Assembly (NCBI GenBank): GCA_028864975.1
Contig: JAGWLG010000009.1
Span: 32,001 to 96,000, forward strand
Source of the DNA: Thermoplasmata archaeon
GTDB taxonomy: Archaea; Thermoplasmatota; Thermoplasmata; Lutacidiplasmatales; UBA184
Direction of reading: 5' to 3'
DNA: 64,000 bases
This document shows positions 1 through 8,041 of the stretch, piece by piece (positions within the stretch are counted from its first letter, which is position 1; every line of letters starts with the position of its first letter). The translations under genes and the position numbers were made by a program. The notes beneath the pieces are model-generated. The model saw nothing but the letters and a program-made list of their open reading frames with translations, had not been told where the DNA came from and searched no databases.

Positions 1-1
1 G

Positions 2-742
2 ATCGTTCCCTGCCTGGACCTGACGGACCAGGGGGTCGTGAAGGGGGTCCACTTCCGGCATCTGCGGCAGATGGGCGATCCCTTGGAGCTCGCTCGACGC
101 TACGAGCGGGAGGGCGCGGACGAAGTGGTGCTGCTGAAGGTCGACGCGTGGCGGGGCCGAGGGCTCTCCCCCAAGCTGCTCGCCCGGACCTCGCGGGAGC
201 TCAGCATCCCGCTCACCGTCGGAGGAGGTGTGGGGAGCGTGGAGCAGGCCGAAGAGCTCCTCTCCGCCGGCGCCGACCGGGTGTCGTTCAATTCGCTCGC
301 GCTTGAGCGCCCTCAGGTCCTGACCGAGGCGGCCGACCGGTTCGGACGGCAGGCGGTCGTGCTCGCCATCGACGCCCATCGAGAAGGGAGGGGCCCGGCG
401 ACGGTCTACGCGCGCGGGGGTACCCTTCGCGAAGGGTGGAGCGCCGCGGCCTGGGCGAAGGAAGGGGAGCGTCGGGGGGCGGGGGAGGTCCTGCTCACGA
501 GCATCGACCGCGATGGGACCCACCGAGGGTACGACCTACCGTTGCTGCGGGCGGTCCGGCGCTCGGTCCGCATACCGATCATGGCGTCGGGAGGGGCGGC
601 CGGTCCTCGATCGTTCTTCGACGCGTTCGAGAACGCCGGGGCCGACGCCGCACTCGCCGCGGGGATCTTCCACCGGGGAGAATGCACCGTCGGAGAAGTG
701 AAGGATTACCTCTCGTCGCGCGGGATCGAGGTCCGACGATGA
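2..742 (+). CDS. hisF: Imidazole glycerol phosphate synthase cyclase subunit (5' end outside window)
   Basis: Frame is open from base 2 (IVPCLDLTDQGVVKGVHF); TSIDRDGT..GYD, ASGGAG and ALAAGIFH motifs; ATGA overlap with next gene. Confidence 0.93.
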   Translation: MVPCLDLTDQGVVKGVHFRHLRQMGDPLELARRYEREGADEVVLLKVDAWRGRGLSPKLLARTSRELSIPLTVGGGVGSVEQAEELLSAGADRVSFNSLALERPQVLTEAADRFGRQAVVLAIDAHREGRGPATVYARGGTLREGWSAAAWAKEGERRGAGEVLLTSIDRDGTHRGYDLPLLRAVRRSVRIPIMASGGAAGPRSFFDAFENAGADAALAAGIFHRGECTVGEVKDYLSSRGIEVRR

Positions 743-1431
743 CCGACCGTGCCCCGAAGATCGAGGGACGCGCCTCCCGTCCCGACTTTCAGGACGGCAC
801 CTTGCTACCCACCGTGGTCCAGGACGTCCGCGACGGAACGGTTCTGATGGTCGCCTACTCGCGGGCCGACTCCTGGCGAGAGATGCTCAGGACCGGGAAG
901 CTCACCCTCTTCAGCCGCTCGCGGGCCCGGATCTGGACCAAGGGGGAGTCTTCTGGCAACACCGCGAAGGTCGTCGCAGTGGGCGTGGACTGCGACCGGG
1001 ACGCCCTGCTCGTCAAGGTCCTCCCCCGAGGGCCCATGTGCCACACCGGTACCCGAAGTTGTTTCGGGGAGACGCTGCCCCTCGAGGACCTCCAGGTCGC
1101 CCCCCAGGTGCGGCGGTTGGAGGAGCTCATCAACACCCGACGGCGGAAGGCGAGCCGCGGCTCGTACACCCGAAAACTGCTCCGGGACGAGACGATGCGC
1201 CTCAAGAAGGTCGGGGAGGAAGCGAGCGAGCTTCTGGTCGCTGCCGCCCAGCGGGACCGACGTCAGGTCGTCTGGGAGGCTGCGGACCTGCTCTACCACA
1301 CGACGGTCCTCCTCCGCGCTGCGGGCGTCGGCTGGGACCAAGTGCACGATGAGCTCTCCCGGCGAGCCCGCCCATCCTCGCGGCGTCAACGCGTCCCGCC
1401 CCGTTCGCGGGCAGGAGGTCGGAGAGCGTGA
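739..1431 (+). CDS. hisIE: Bifunctional phosphoribosyl-AMP cyclohydrolase / phosphoribosyl-ATP pyrophosphatase
   Basis: Start re-called to ATG 739 (ATGA overlap); SRSR..IWTKGESSGN, DCDRDALL, CHTG..SCF; KKVGEEASE and EAADLLYH. Confidence 0.93.
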   Translation: MTDRAPKIEGRASRPDFQDGTLLPTVVQDVRDGTVLMVAYSRADSWREMLRTGKLTLFSRSRARIWTKGESSGNTAKVVAVGVDCDRDALLVKVLPRGPMCHTGTRSCFGETLPLEDLQVAPQVRRLEELINTRRRKASRGSYTRKLLRDETMRLKKVGEEASELLVAAAQRDRRQVVWEAADLLYHTTVLLRAAGVGWDQVHDELSRRARPSSRRQRVPPRSRAGGRRA

Positions 1432-2069
1432 CCTCAATGGCGTTCCGACCCCCCGTGGTCCTTCAAGGCCGCTGGGTCGCGCTCGTCCCGCTCTCTCGCG
1501 AGCACCTTCCCCAGCTCATCAAGGCCGGGACCGATCCGCAGATCTGGTCGTACATGCGCTACGGGCCCCGGACCTCGCCGAAGAGCATGGAGGAGCTCGT
1601 CGACCTTCTCTTGCGGCTCCAAGAGAAGGGGACGGACCTCGCTTTCACGACGTTCTACCGCCCTGAGGGGGTCGCCGTCGGGATGACGCGATTCCTCGAC
1701 ATCCGTCGAGAGGACCGGGGCGTGGAGATCGGGGGCACCTGGATCGCCCCTCGGCTCTGGAGGACCCCCGTGAACACCGAATCCAAGTATCTCCTCCTCC
1801 GGCACGCTTTCGAGGTGGAAGGGTGTCTCAGGGTCCAGTTCAAGACCGACCTGCGGAACGTTCGCTCCCAGCGGGCCATCGAGAGACTGGGAGCGGTCAA
1901 GGAGGGGGTCTTCCGCAAGCACATGGCCCTCCCGAACGGCCTCGTCCGGGACTCGGTCTTCTACAGCCTCACCGACGACGACTGGCCCACCGTGAAAGCC
2001 CGTCTTGAGGGGTTCTTGGAAAGGGGATGGACGGAGCGGACCGAGGAGCCCTTGGGCCGCCCCGAGTGA
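1428..2069 (+). CDS. GNAT N-acetyltransferase, RimJ/RimL-like
   Basis: EIGGTWI...WRT.VNTESKYLLLRHAFE, RVQFKTD.RN.RSQRAIERLGA..EG..R.H. Confidence 0.85.
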   Translation: MTSMAFRPPVVLQGRWVALVPLSREHLPQLIKAGTDPQIWSYMRYGPRTSPKSMEELVDLLLRLQEKGTDLAFTTFYRPEGVAVGMTRFLDIRREDRGVEIGGTWIAPRLWRTPVNTESKYLLLRHAFEVEGCLRVQFKTDLRNVRSQRAIERLGAVKEGVFRKHMALPNGLVRDSVFYSLTDDDWPTVKARLEGFLERGWTERTEEPLGRPE

Positions 2070-2109
2070 GCTGTCGCGAGGGGCACCTCGGCATCCCCCC
2101 CGGGCGCCA

Positions 2110-2117
2110 CTTATATA
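2110..2117 (+). promoter_or_regulatory. Putative TATA box of the atpK-E-C block
   Basis: CTTATATA in a GC-rich context, about 36 nt upstream of ATG 2153. Confidence 0.65.
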
Positions 2118-2152
2118 CCGACAAGAATAGGCCGCTCGAAGGTCGACACCCT

Positions 2153-2383
2153 ATGGCCGTGGACCCAGGCGCAGCTATGCTCGCCATCGCCGCATCGATC
2201 GCCATCGCGGGAGGACTTATCGGGACGGGCATGGCCCAGTCCGGTATCGGCGCCTCCGGGATGGGTATCATCGCGGAGCGGCCCGAGAAGTTCGGTCAAG
2301 TGCTCGTGTTCTTCGTGATCCCCGAGACGCTATGGATCCTAGGTTTCGTACTAGGGATCCTGCTGCTCCTGCAGATCCTCTGA
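2153..2383 (+). CDS. atpK: A-type ATP synthase proteolipid subunit K (c), single hairpin, 76 aa
   Basis: Start re-called to ATG 2153; two hydrophobic helices, GxxGxG motifs, conserved carboxylate in FFVIPETLW. Confidence 0.92.
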   Translation: MAVDPGAAMLAIAASIAIAGGLIGTGMAQSGIGASGMGIIAERPEKFGQVLVFFVIPETLWILGFVLGILLLLQIL

Positions 2384-2422
2384 ACCGCTCCGTCCGGAGA
2401 GCGGGAGCGTGAGGCCCAACCG

Positions 2423-2980
2423 ATGACCCTCGACTCGCTCGTCAAGGAGATCGAGACCCGCTCCGCGAAGGAGGTTCGGGAGCTCGAAGCGAAGCTCGAG
2501 GGCGAGCGCCGGGCCATCGAGGAAACCGCCCGCACCGAGTCCGAGCGGATGCGCGCGGAATCGGAGAAGAAGGCCCAGATCGAGGCCGCCCGGGAGAAGG
2601 CGCGGCTCGTCGCCTCGGCCAAGCTGCAAGCGAAGAAGGTCCTCTTCGAGGCCCGTGAGAAGCGGACCGCGGCCGCCCTGGAGGAGGTCCGGCTTCGCCT
2701 CGGGGCCTACGCGAAGGGTCCCGAGTACGGGCCCTTGCTTTCCGGGATGGTCTCGGCCGGCAGCACAGCCCTCGGCGGCGACGTCCGCATCCTCGCCCGA
2801 CCGGAGGACGTGTCGCTCCTCCCGGCCAAGATGCGCGCCCTGGTCGACACCGCGCGACCGCTCCGCGGCATGGGGGGGCTCGTGGTGGAGAAGAAGGACG
2901 GGAGCCGGTCGCTCAACTTCACCTTCGAAGAGCTGCTCCGCCTCCGTGAGGACCGGGTCCGGGAGATCCTCTCCCGCTAG
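2423..2980 (+). CDS. atpE: A-type ATP synthase subunit E
   Basis: Charged N-terminal coiled coil, C-terminal GGLVVEKKDGS..LNFTFE..L motif, position after K. Confidence 0.88.
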   Translation: MTLDSLVKEIETRSAKEVRELEAKLEGERRAIEETARTESERMRAESEKKAQIEAAREKARLVASAKLQAKKVLFEAREKRTAAALEEVRLRLGAYAKGPEYGPLLSGMVSAGSTALGGDVRILARPEDVSLLPAKMRALVDTARPLRGMGGLVVEKKDGSRSLNFTFEELLRLREDRVREILSR

Positions 2981-3010
2981 GGACGCGAAGAAGGGGGGCC
3001 CCCGCGGTCG

Positions 3011-4081
3011 ATGGACACCTACGCCTCCTCCCTGGGACGCATCAAGGCGACCGTCCCCGGGTTCCTTCGGAAAGACCTCTTCAACGCCCTCCTCGCTGCC
3101 CGGGACATCGGCGAAGTGGCGAAGCTCCTCGAGGGGACCTGGTACGGCGGGGAGATCACGCAGGCGATGGGGGCGCTCACGGGGGCCGAGGCGCTCGAGG
3201 TCGCGGTGAACCGTCAGTTCGTAAAGCTCAACCGCTTCGCCTACAACGCCTCTCCCTTCGCGGGGCGTCCCGTGGTGGGGGCGTACCTCCGTCGCTGGGA
3301 CATCGAGAACATCGGCGTCATCCTCTCCGCGAAGGCCTACGGGCGGTTGGTCTCCGAAGGGGAGAGCTTCCTCGTCTCCGACCGCGAGACCCCGGCGGGG
3401 CTCTCCGCCGGACTGCTCTCGATCGACGACCTGAGGGTCCTCTTGTCCCAGTCGTCCGTCGAGGGCGTCGCGAACCAGCTGGTCAAGTTCGGCTACGGGA
3501 CGGTCCTGCTCCAGCAGCTGGATGCGTTCAACACGAACCGCGACATCTTCCCGCTCATCCAGGCGCTGGAGAAGCAGTACTACGAGCAGCTCCTCGCCAT
3601 GGCCCGGTTCTTCCAGGGGGACGAGTGGGTCGTGCGCCAGTATCTCGCCAACGAGCTCGACGTCCGTAACCTGATGACGGTCCTCAAGGCCAAGGACCGG
3701 AAGATCGCCCTCGACGACGTCTCGCCGCTCTTCTTGGACGGGGGCACGTTCACCCAGAAGGCGCTGAGCGACCTCTCCAACCTCGCGAGCGTCCAGGAGA
3801 TCGTCGGGTCGGTCGGCTCGGCCGTGCCGCTCGCCGACGGGGTGCCGAGCTACACGGAGAACGGGAGCTTGACCGGGTTCGAGCTCGCGATGAAGCGGCA
3901 GCAGGCGGAGAAGAACCTGGTCCGGATGCGCCAGTACCCCCTCTCGCTCGCAGGCATCTTCGGGTTCCTCCTCCAGGCCGAGGTCGAGCGATCCGACTTG
4001 AGGAAGATCGTCTACGGAAAGGTCTACGGATGGTCCGGCGACCGGATCTCGAAGGACCTCATCTCGACGAAGCTAGCGTGA
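3011..4081 (+). CDS. atpC: A-type ATP synthase subunit C (V0D/AC39 family)
   Basis: 356 aa; YA..LGRIKA, RWDIENI..IL, E.D..NL..VLKAK, E.E..DLRKI.YGK. Confidence 0.88.
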   Translation: MDTYASSLGRIKATVPGFLRKDLFNALLAARDIGEVAKLLEGTWYGGEITQAMGALTGAEALEVAVNRQFVKLNRFAYNASPFAGRPVVGAYLRRWDIENIGVILSAKAYGRLVSEGESFLVSDRETPAGLSAGLLSIDDLRVLLSQSSVEGVANQLVKFGYGTVLLQQLDAFNTNRDIFPLIQALEKQYYEQLLAMARFFQGDEWVVRQYLANELDVRNLMTVLKAKDRKIALDDVSPLFLDGGTFTQKALSDLSNLASVQEIVGSVGSAVPLADGVPSYTENGSLTGFELAMKRQQAEKNLVRMRQYPLSLAGIFGFLLQAEVERSDLRKIVYGKVYGWSGDRISKDLISTKLA

Positions 4082-4234
4082 GCCGGGCCACGGTAGGTCC
4101 CTCACTTCCTCCGGAGGAAGAGCGCAGGACCGCTCGGAGTTGACCAAGAGCGTACCCTGATGTCTCACAGGGGCGGTGTGGGGGCCCACGTCAGCGCCCC
4201 CTTTGAGCGCTGCAAGGCCAGGTCCGCCGCCTGG

Positions 4235-4253
4235 AGATGGTAAGTAACCATCT
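4235..4253. promoter_or_regulatory. Inverted repeat AGATGGT-N5-ACCATCT around an AT-rich core upstream of the MFS gene (candidate operator/TATA)
   Basis: Perfect 7-bp arms; core TAAGTA lies about 25 nt before GTG 4268. Confidence 0.4.
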
Positions 4254-4267
4254 TTGGTGCGACCCTC

Positions 4268-5512
4268 GTGGAACGCCGCCCTCTCATTGTTCTCTCCCTC
4301 TACCAACTGCTCTCGAGCAACCGCGGAGGGTTGTTCACCGTCTACTTCGTGCTCTTCCTGGCCAAGGACAAGGGGTCGTCGATCGCCGAAGGGTTGGTCA
4401 TCCTCTCGGCGGCGTACGTCGGAGCGAGCCTCATCGGACCGCTCGTCGGGAGATGGTCGGACTCCCTAGGTCGCCGCCGTCCGTTCCTCCTCGTGGGGGA
4501 GGTCGGCTCCCTGCCGCTCTTCCTCGCCGTCCCGTTCCTTCCCGGGTTCCTCCTTGCAGGCGCAGCGTTCGTGGCGGCCGAGGTGGTCCTGGCCTTCGGT
4601 TCTCCTGCGGTGAACGCCTTCGTCGCCGACGTGACGGGGGCGAAGGAGCGAGGTTGGGGATACGGGCTCCTCCAGGCGACGGGGGCCGCGGGAGCGATCG
4701 CAGGATTCCTTGTCGCAGGCTACCTCGTCGATCGCTTCGGCTACGTCGTCCTGTTCTACATGGTCGCGGCGGTGATGGTCGGCACCATCTCGATCGTTCT
4801 CTTCTTCGTTCCCGATACGAGAACGGCCCCGAGTGCGTCGCGCCGCCCCTGGCGGGAGCTCAAGGGCGTGGGGATCTTCTCGACCACGGTCTCCATCCGC
4901 GCGCTAGGAGCGGGAGCCGTGGTCACCTTCTATGGCGTGTACGCGGCCACCCTCGGCGCGAGCGCCTTCGAGATCAGCCTCATCGCCATCGCAGGGCTCG
5001 TCGTCACCGCCCTGCTCTCGGTGCCTCTAGGTCGCGTGGTCGATCGCATCGGAGAGGTCCAGGGGATGGTCTGGGGGACGACCATCAGCATCGTGGCCAT
5101 GGTCCTCTACCTCCTCGCTACGCGTTGGGAGGAGCTGGTCCCGGCCCGCGCGACCTACCAGGTCGGGTTTGCGCTGATGAATCCCGCGATGCTCTCGTGG
5201 GTGGCCCGGATCGCCCCGGAGGCGCGACGCGCGGAGTACCTGGGCTTCTTCGCTTTGATCAACTCGACGCTCTGGAGCTTGGGCCCGTTCGTCGGGGGGA
5301 TCGCGTACCAGCTCGCCGGGCCCTTCGGGCTCTTCCTCTTCGCCATCGTCGCCACGGTCATCTCGCTGGTCGCAATCGAGCTGATCTACGTGATCAGGGA
5401 GCGGCGGTGTCGGTCGGACCCTGATGTGCCGAGGAAGGAGAGCGGGCCGTCCAGCGCTGAGAGGCCGTCGGGCGCCGCAGCCCACGACCCTCTCAGGTCG
5501 AGCGGTGGGTGA
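4268..5512 (+). CDS. MFS transporter
   Basis: About 12 hydrophobic segments; motif A GRWSDSLGRRR and second-half GRVVDRIG. Confidence 0.92.
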   Translation: MERRPLIVLSLYQLLSSNRGGLFTVYFVLFLAKDKGSSIAEGLVILSAAYVGASLIGPLVGRWSDSLGRRRPFLLVGEVGSLPLFLAVPFLPGFLLAGAAFVAAEVVLAFGSPAVNAFVADVTGAKERGWGYGLLQATGAAGAIAGFLVAGYLVDRFGYVVLFYMVAAVMVGTISIVLFFVPDTRTAPSASRRPWRELKGVGIFSTTVSIRALGAGAVVTFYGVYAATLGASAFEISLIAIAGLVVTALLSVPLGRVVDRIGEVQGMVWGTTISIVAMVLYLLATRWEELVPARATYQVGFALMNPAMLSWVARIAPEARRAEYLGFFALINSTLWSLGPFVGGIAYQLAGPFGLFLFAIVATVISLVAIELIYVIRERRCRSDPDVPRKESGPSSAERPSGAAAHDPLRSSGG

Positions 5513-6344
5513 AGCCCCCGTTCTTGGGCCAGCTCTTCGAAGAGATGAGCGGAGGGAGCTTCTCGAGCGCCTGGAGCTCCTTCTGCCCGAGCTGCATCAG
5601 ATACATCCCCGAGGGCAGGAGCCGGAGGCTCCTTTCCTCCGGATCGTTCAAGAGCCGGAAGCTGAACCCGTCCACCCCTCCCTTGGCCTCGGTCGTGTAC
5701 CCCGAAACCTCCCAATCCTGGAGCACCTTCGTCAGGAAGGCTTCGAGCGCCCCACCCTTCCCGAGCGTGAAGAACGCTTGGGCGTGGATCCCCTTCCCTC
5801 CCGGAGCCAGGAAGAAGACCGGAGCCGCGGAAAGGGCACGTTCGCGCCCCTGGGTCACCTGGGTATCCGGGCCCTCCCCCACCGTCGGAAGCGCCCGGAC
5901 CTCGAGCGGGCTGCCCGGCGCACCGCGGATCTCCTTCAGCACCGAGTGCACCTTCTCGATCTCACCGTGGACATCGGCCACCGCGACGCCGTGCTGGGCC
6001 ATGTCCCGGCGGATGCTCTCCAGAGCGCCTCGAAGACGGCCGATCTCCGACCGGAGCAGCCGTGCGGTCTCCGTTCCGGGGGACTTGGCGGCCCGGGATC
6101 TGGGGGATTGGGACGATACCGAATCCTCGGCACCCGAGGGAGCACCCGACGAAGGCGGCAGTACCGCGGGCGTGTTCAGAAGTTCCGCGATCTCCCGCTC
6201 GAGGTCCTCTAACCCTGCCGGCGGGTCCTGCGTCCCATCTGACACCTCCGAAGGAAGGTCGCGGGGATCGGGCGACGCTCGGCGGTTCGCCGTGAACCGC
6301 TCGTCGGGCGTACCTGGCTCATCCCCAGGCATACGGAGGTGCAC
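5493..6344 (-). CDS. Hypothetical protein (disordered N-terminus, coiled coil, C-terminal alpha/beta domain)
   Basis: 283-aa ORF filling the gap; acidic/hydrophobic composition unlike shadow ORFs; start uncertain. Confidence 0.6.
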   Translation of the reverse strand: MHLRMPGDEPGTPDERFTANRRASPDPRDLPSEVSDGTQDPPAGLEDLEREIAELLNTPAVLPPSSGAPSGAEDSVSSQSPRSRAAKSPGTETARLLRSEIGRLRGALESIRRDMAQHGVAVADVHGEIEKVHSVLKEIRGAPGSPLEVRALPTVGEGPDTQVTQGRERALSAAPVFFLAPGGKGIHAQAFFTLGKGGALEAFLTKVLQDWEVSGYTTEAKGGVDGFSFRLLNDPEERSLRLLPSGMYLMQLGQKELQALEKLPPLISSKSWPKNGGFTHRST

Positions 6345-6364
6345 GTACGCCCTGGTGATAAACG

Positions 6365-8029
6365 TTGGGTCGCAATTCTGGCCAGGAGCTCGTCTACGGA
6401 TTCCGGAGCCTCACCCCTGCGGCCGTCAGACTTTCAAGCTCCGAGAAGATGCCCGGCTTTCCCATGGCCGCTCCGACCGGAGGAACCTCGTGGTCGGTGC
6501 CGGTGCTCCACGGTCCTTCCAGCGTTGATAACCTGCTCACGACCCTGGTCGCATGGGCCCGCCATCGCGGGAGGAACCCTCGCTCTTTCTATCTCAGCCT
6601 GGAGAACGACGGACGAACCCTCATGCTGCGGGGATTCGACCTCCCGCTCCTAAAGGACTTCCTCCGGTACGCCGAGTACAGTTCCGTACCGGCTTTGGAG
6701 TGCGGCCGCCCGACGGAGATCGCGGCGCCCTCTCCCGCATCCGCTTCCCTCCAGGAGGTGGTGGCCCCTGGCCCTCCACCCGCGCCGACGCCGTCGGCAG
6801 CGCCGACCCCCACGCGACCTCCCACGCTCTCGTCCTCGTCGATCCAGATGGTCCTCGGTACCGCACAGCTACTGGCGGACCGTTCCACCGACGTGCATAG
6901 CGCCGAGCACTGGGTGACCTCGATTCTCGCGACCCCGGACCTCAAACCGGAGGAGGTGGGTCTGCTGCTCAGGCTCATGCACGAACCGGAGCCGGAGGCG
7001 CTCCGTCTCGCGCTCGCCGAGAACTCGACCCTGCGCTCGCAGGGCGAGGCCCTCATGAAGGTCCCGTGCGAACAGATCCCCGACACCCTTCAAGCGTGGC
7101 TGGGTACGCCCAACCCTCCTCCTTCGGCTACGCCCGCGACGAACGCTCCTCCGTCTTCCGCACCGCCCTCTCCTCCGGCCGCTGCCGCAGACCCCGGATC
7201 GAAGAAGAAGGTCCGTCGGACAGCGCCCGTCGAGAGCGCTTCGGTCCCCACGCCCCCACCCCAGACCCCTGCACCGCCTCCACGCCCTACGGACAACGAG
7301 GTCCTGCTCCGCGTGCAGATCTTCGCGCGTGGTCTCGAGGCTCGGGCCCAGCACTGGCGCGAGGTCGCCTCCCGCCTCCGGGCAAGCCTGGCGCAAGGTT
7401 TCCCCGGGTTGGTGAGCGTGCTCGAGGGAGCGGTCTTCATCAACGAGGAGGAGCCGCGGGTCTCTTGGGTCGTGCCTCACAACAACTCAGCCGTGGTCAA
7501 GACCATCACCGGCTACGTGCACGAGTCGCACCAGCTCCTCCGGGAGGAGGCGACCCGACGTGCCACGGAGTCCGGGAGCTGGGTGGGGGAAGCGCGGCGC
7601 GAGACCTACGCGGCCCTCGAAACTGCCCGACGGAGCACCCAGCTCGCTCTCCGCCTGGGGGTCGAGCTCCGCTGGGTCGTGCTGCTCTCGACCGACTTCA
7701 ACGATGGCAAGGAGGAGGGGCTGGGTCTGCCCCTGGGAACCCGTCCACCGTGGGAAGGGACGCCTCCTCCCCCGACAGTGCCAACACTAGGATCTCCTTC
7801 CAAGACGACCCTCAAGAAGAAGGTCGTGCCCCTGGGCCCGCCAGCGCTCGCTCGGTTCTCCTCGGACATGGACGCCCCGCTGGAAGCCTGGCTGGAGAAG
7901 GGCGGGATCAAGGTCGGACTGCTGAGCCCCTCTGCCACGGCCGCGAATGTCGCCCCGCCGCCATCAACGGCGGTGCCCAAGGTGCCAACGACCGCAACCG
8001 TCGTGAGACCGGCTGCGCCGACCGCGTAG
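6365..8029 (+). CDS. Hypothetical multidomain Pro-rich protein
   Basis: 554-aa ORF; three folded-looking segments separated by Pro/Ala/Ser linkers; true start may be a downstream ATG (about 6450-6465). Confidence 0.7.
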   Translation: MGRNSGQELVYGFRSLTPAAVRLSSSEKMPGFPMAAPTGGTSWSVPVLHGPSSVDNLLTTLVAWARHRGRNPRSFYLSLENDGRTLMLRGFDLPLLKDFLRYAEYSSVPALECGRPTEIAAPSPASASLQEVVAPGPPPAPTPSAAPTPTRPPTLSSSSIQMVLGTAQLLADRSTDVHSAEHWVTSILATPDLKPEEVGLLLRLMHEPEPEALRLALAENSTLRSQGEALMKVPCEQIPDTLQAWLGTPNPPPSATPATNAPPSSAPPSPPAAAADPGSKKKVRRTAPVESASVPTPPPQTPAPPPRPTDNEVLLRVQIFARGLEARAQHWREVASRLRASLAQGFPGLVSVLEGAVFINEEEPRVSWVVPHNNSAVVKTITGYVHESHQLLREEATRRATESGSWVGEARRETYAALETARRSTQLALRLGVELRWVVLLSTDFNDGKEEGLGLPLGTRPPWEGTPPPPTVPTLGSPSKTTLKKKVVPLGPPALARFSSDMDAPLEAWLEKGGIKVGLLSPSATAANVAPPPSTAVPKVPTTATVVRPAAPTA

Positions 8030-8041
8030 GCCGATGTTCCC

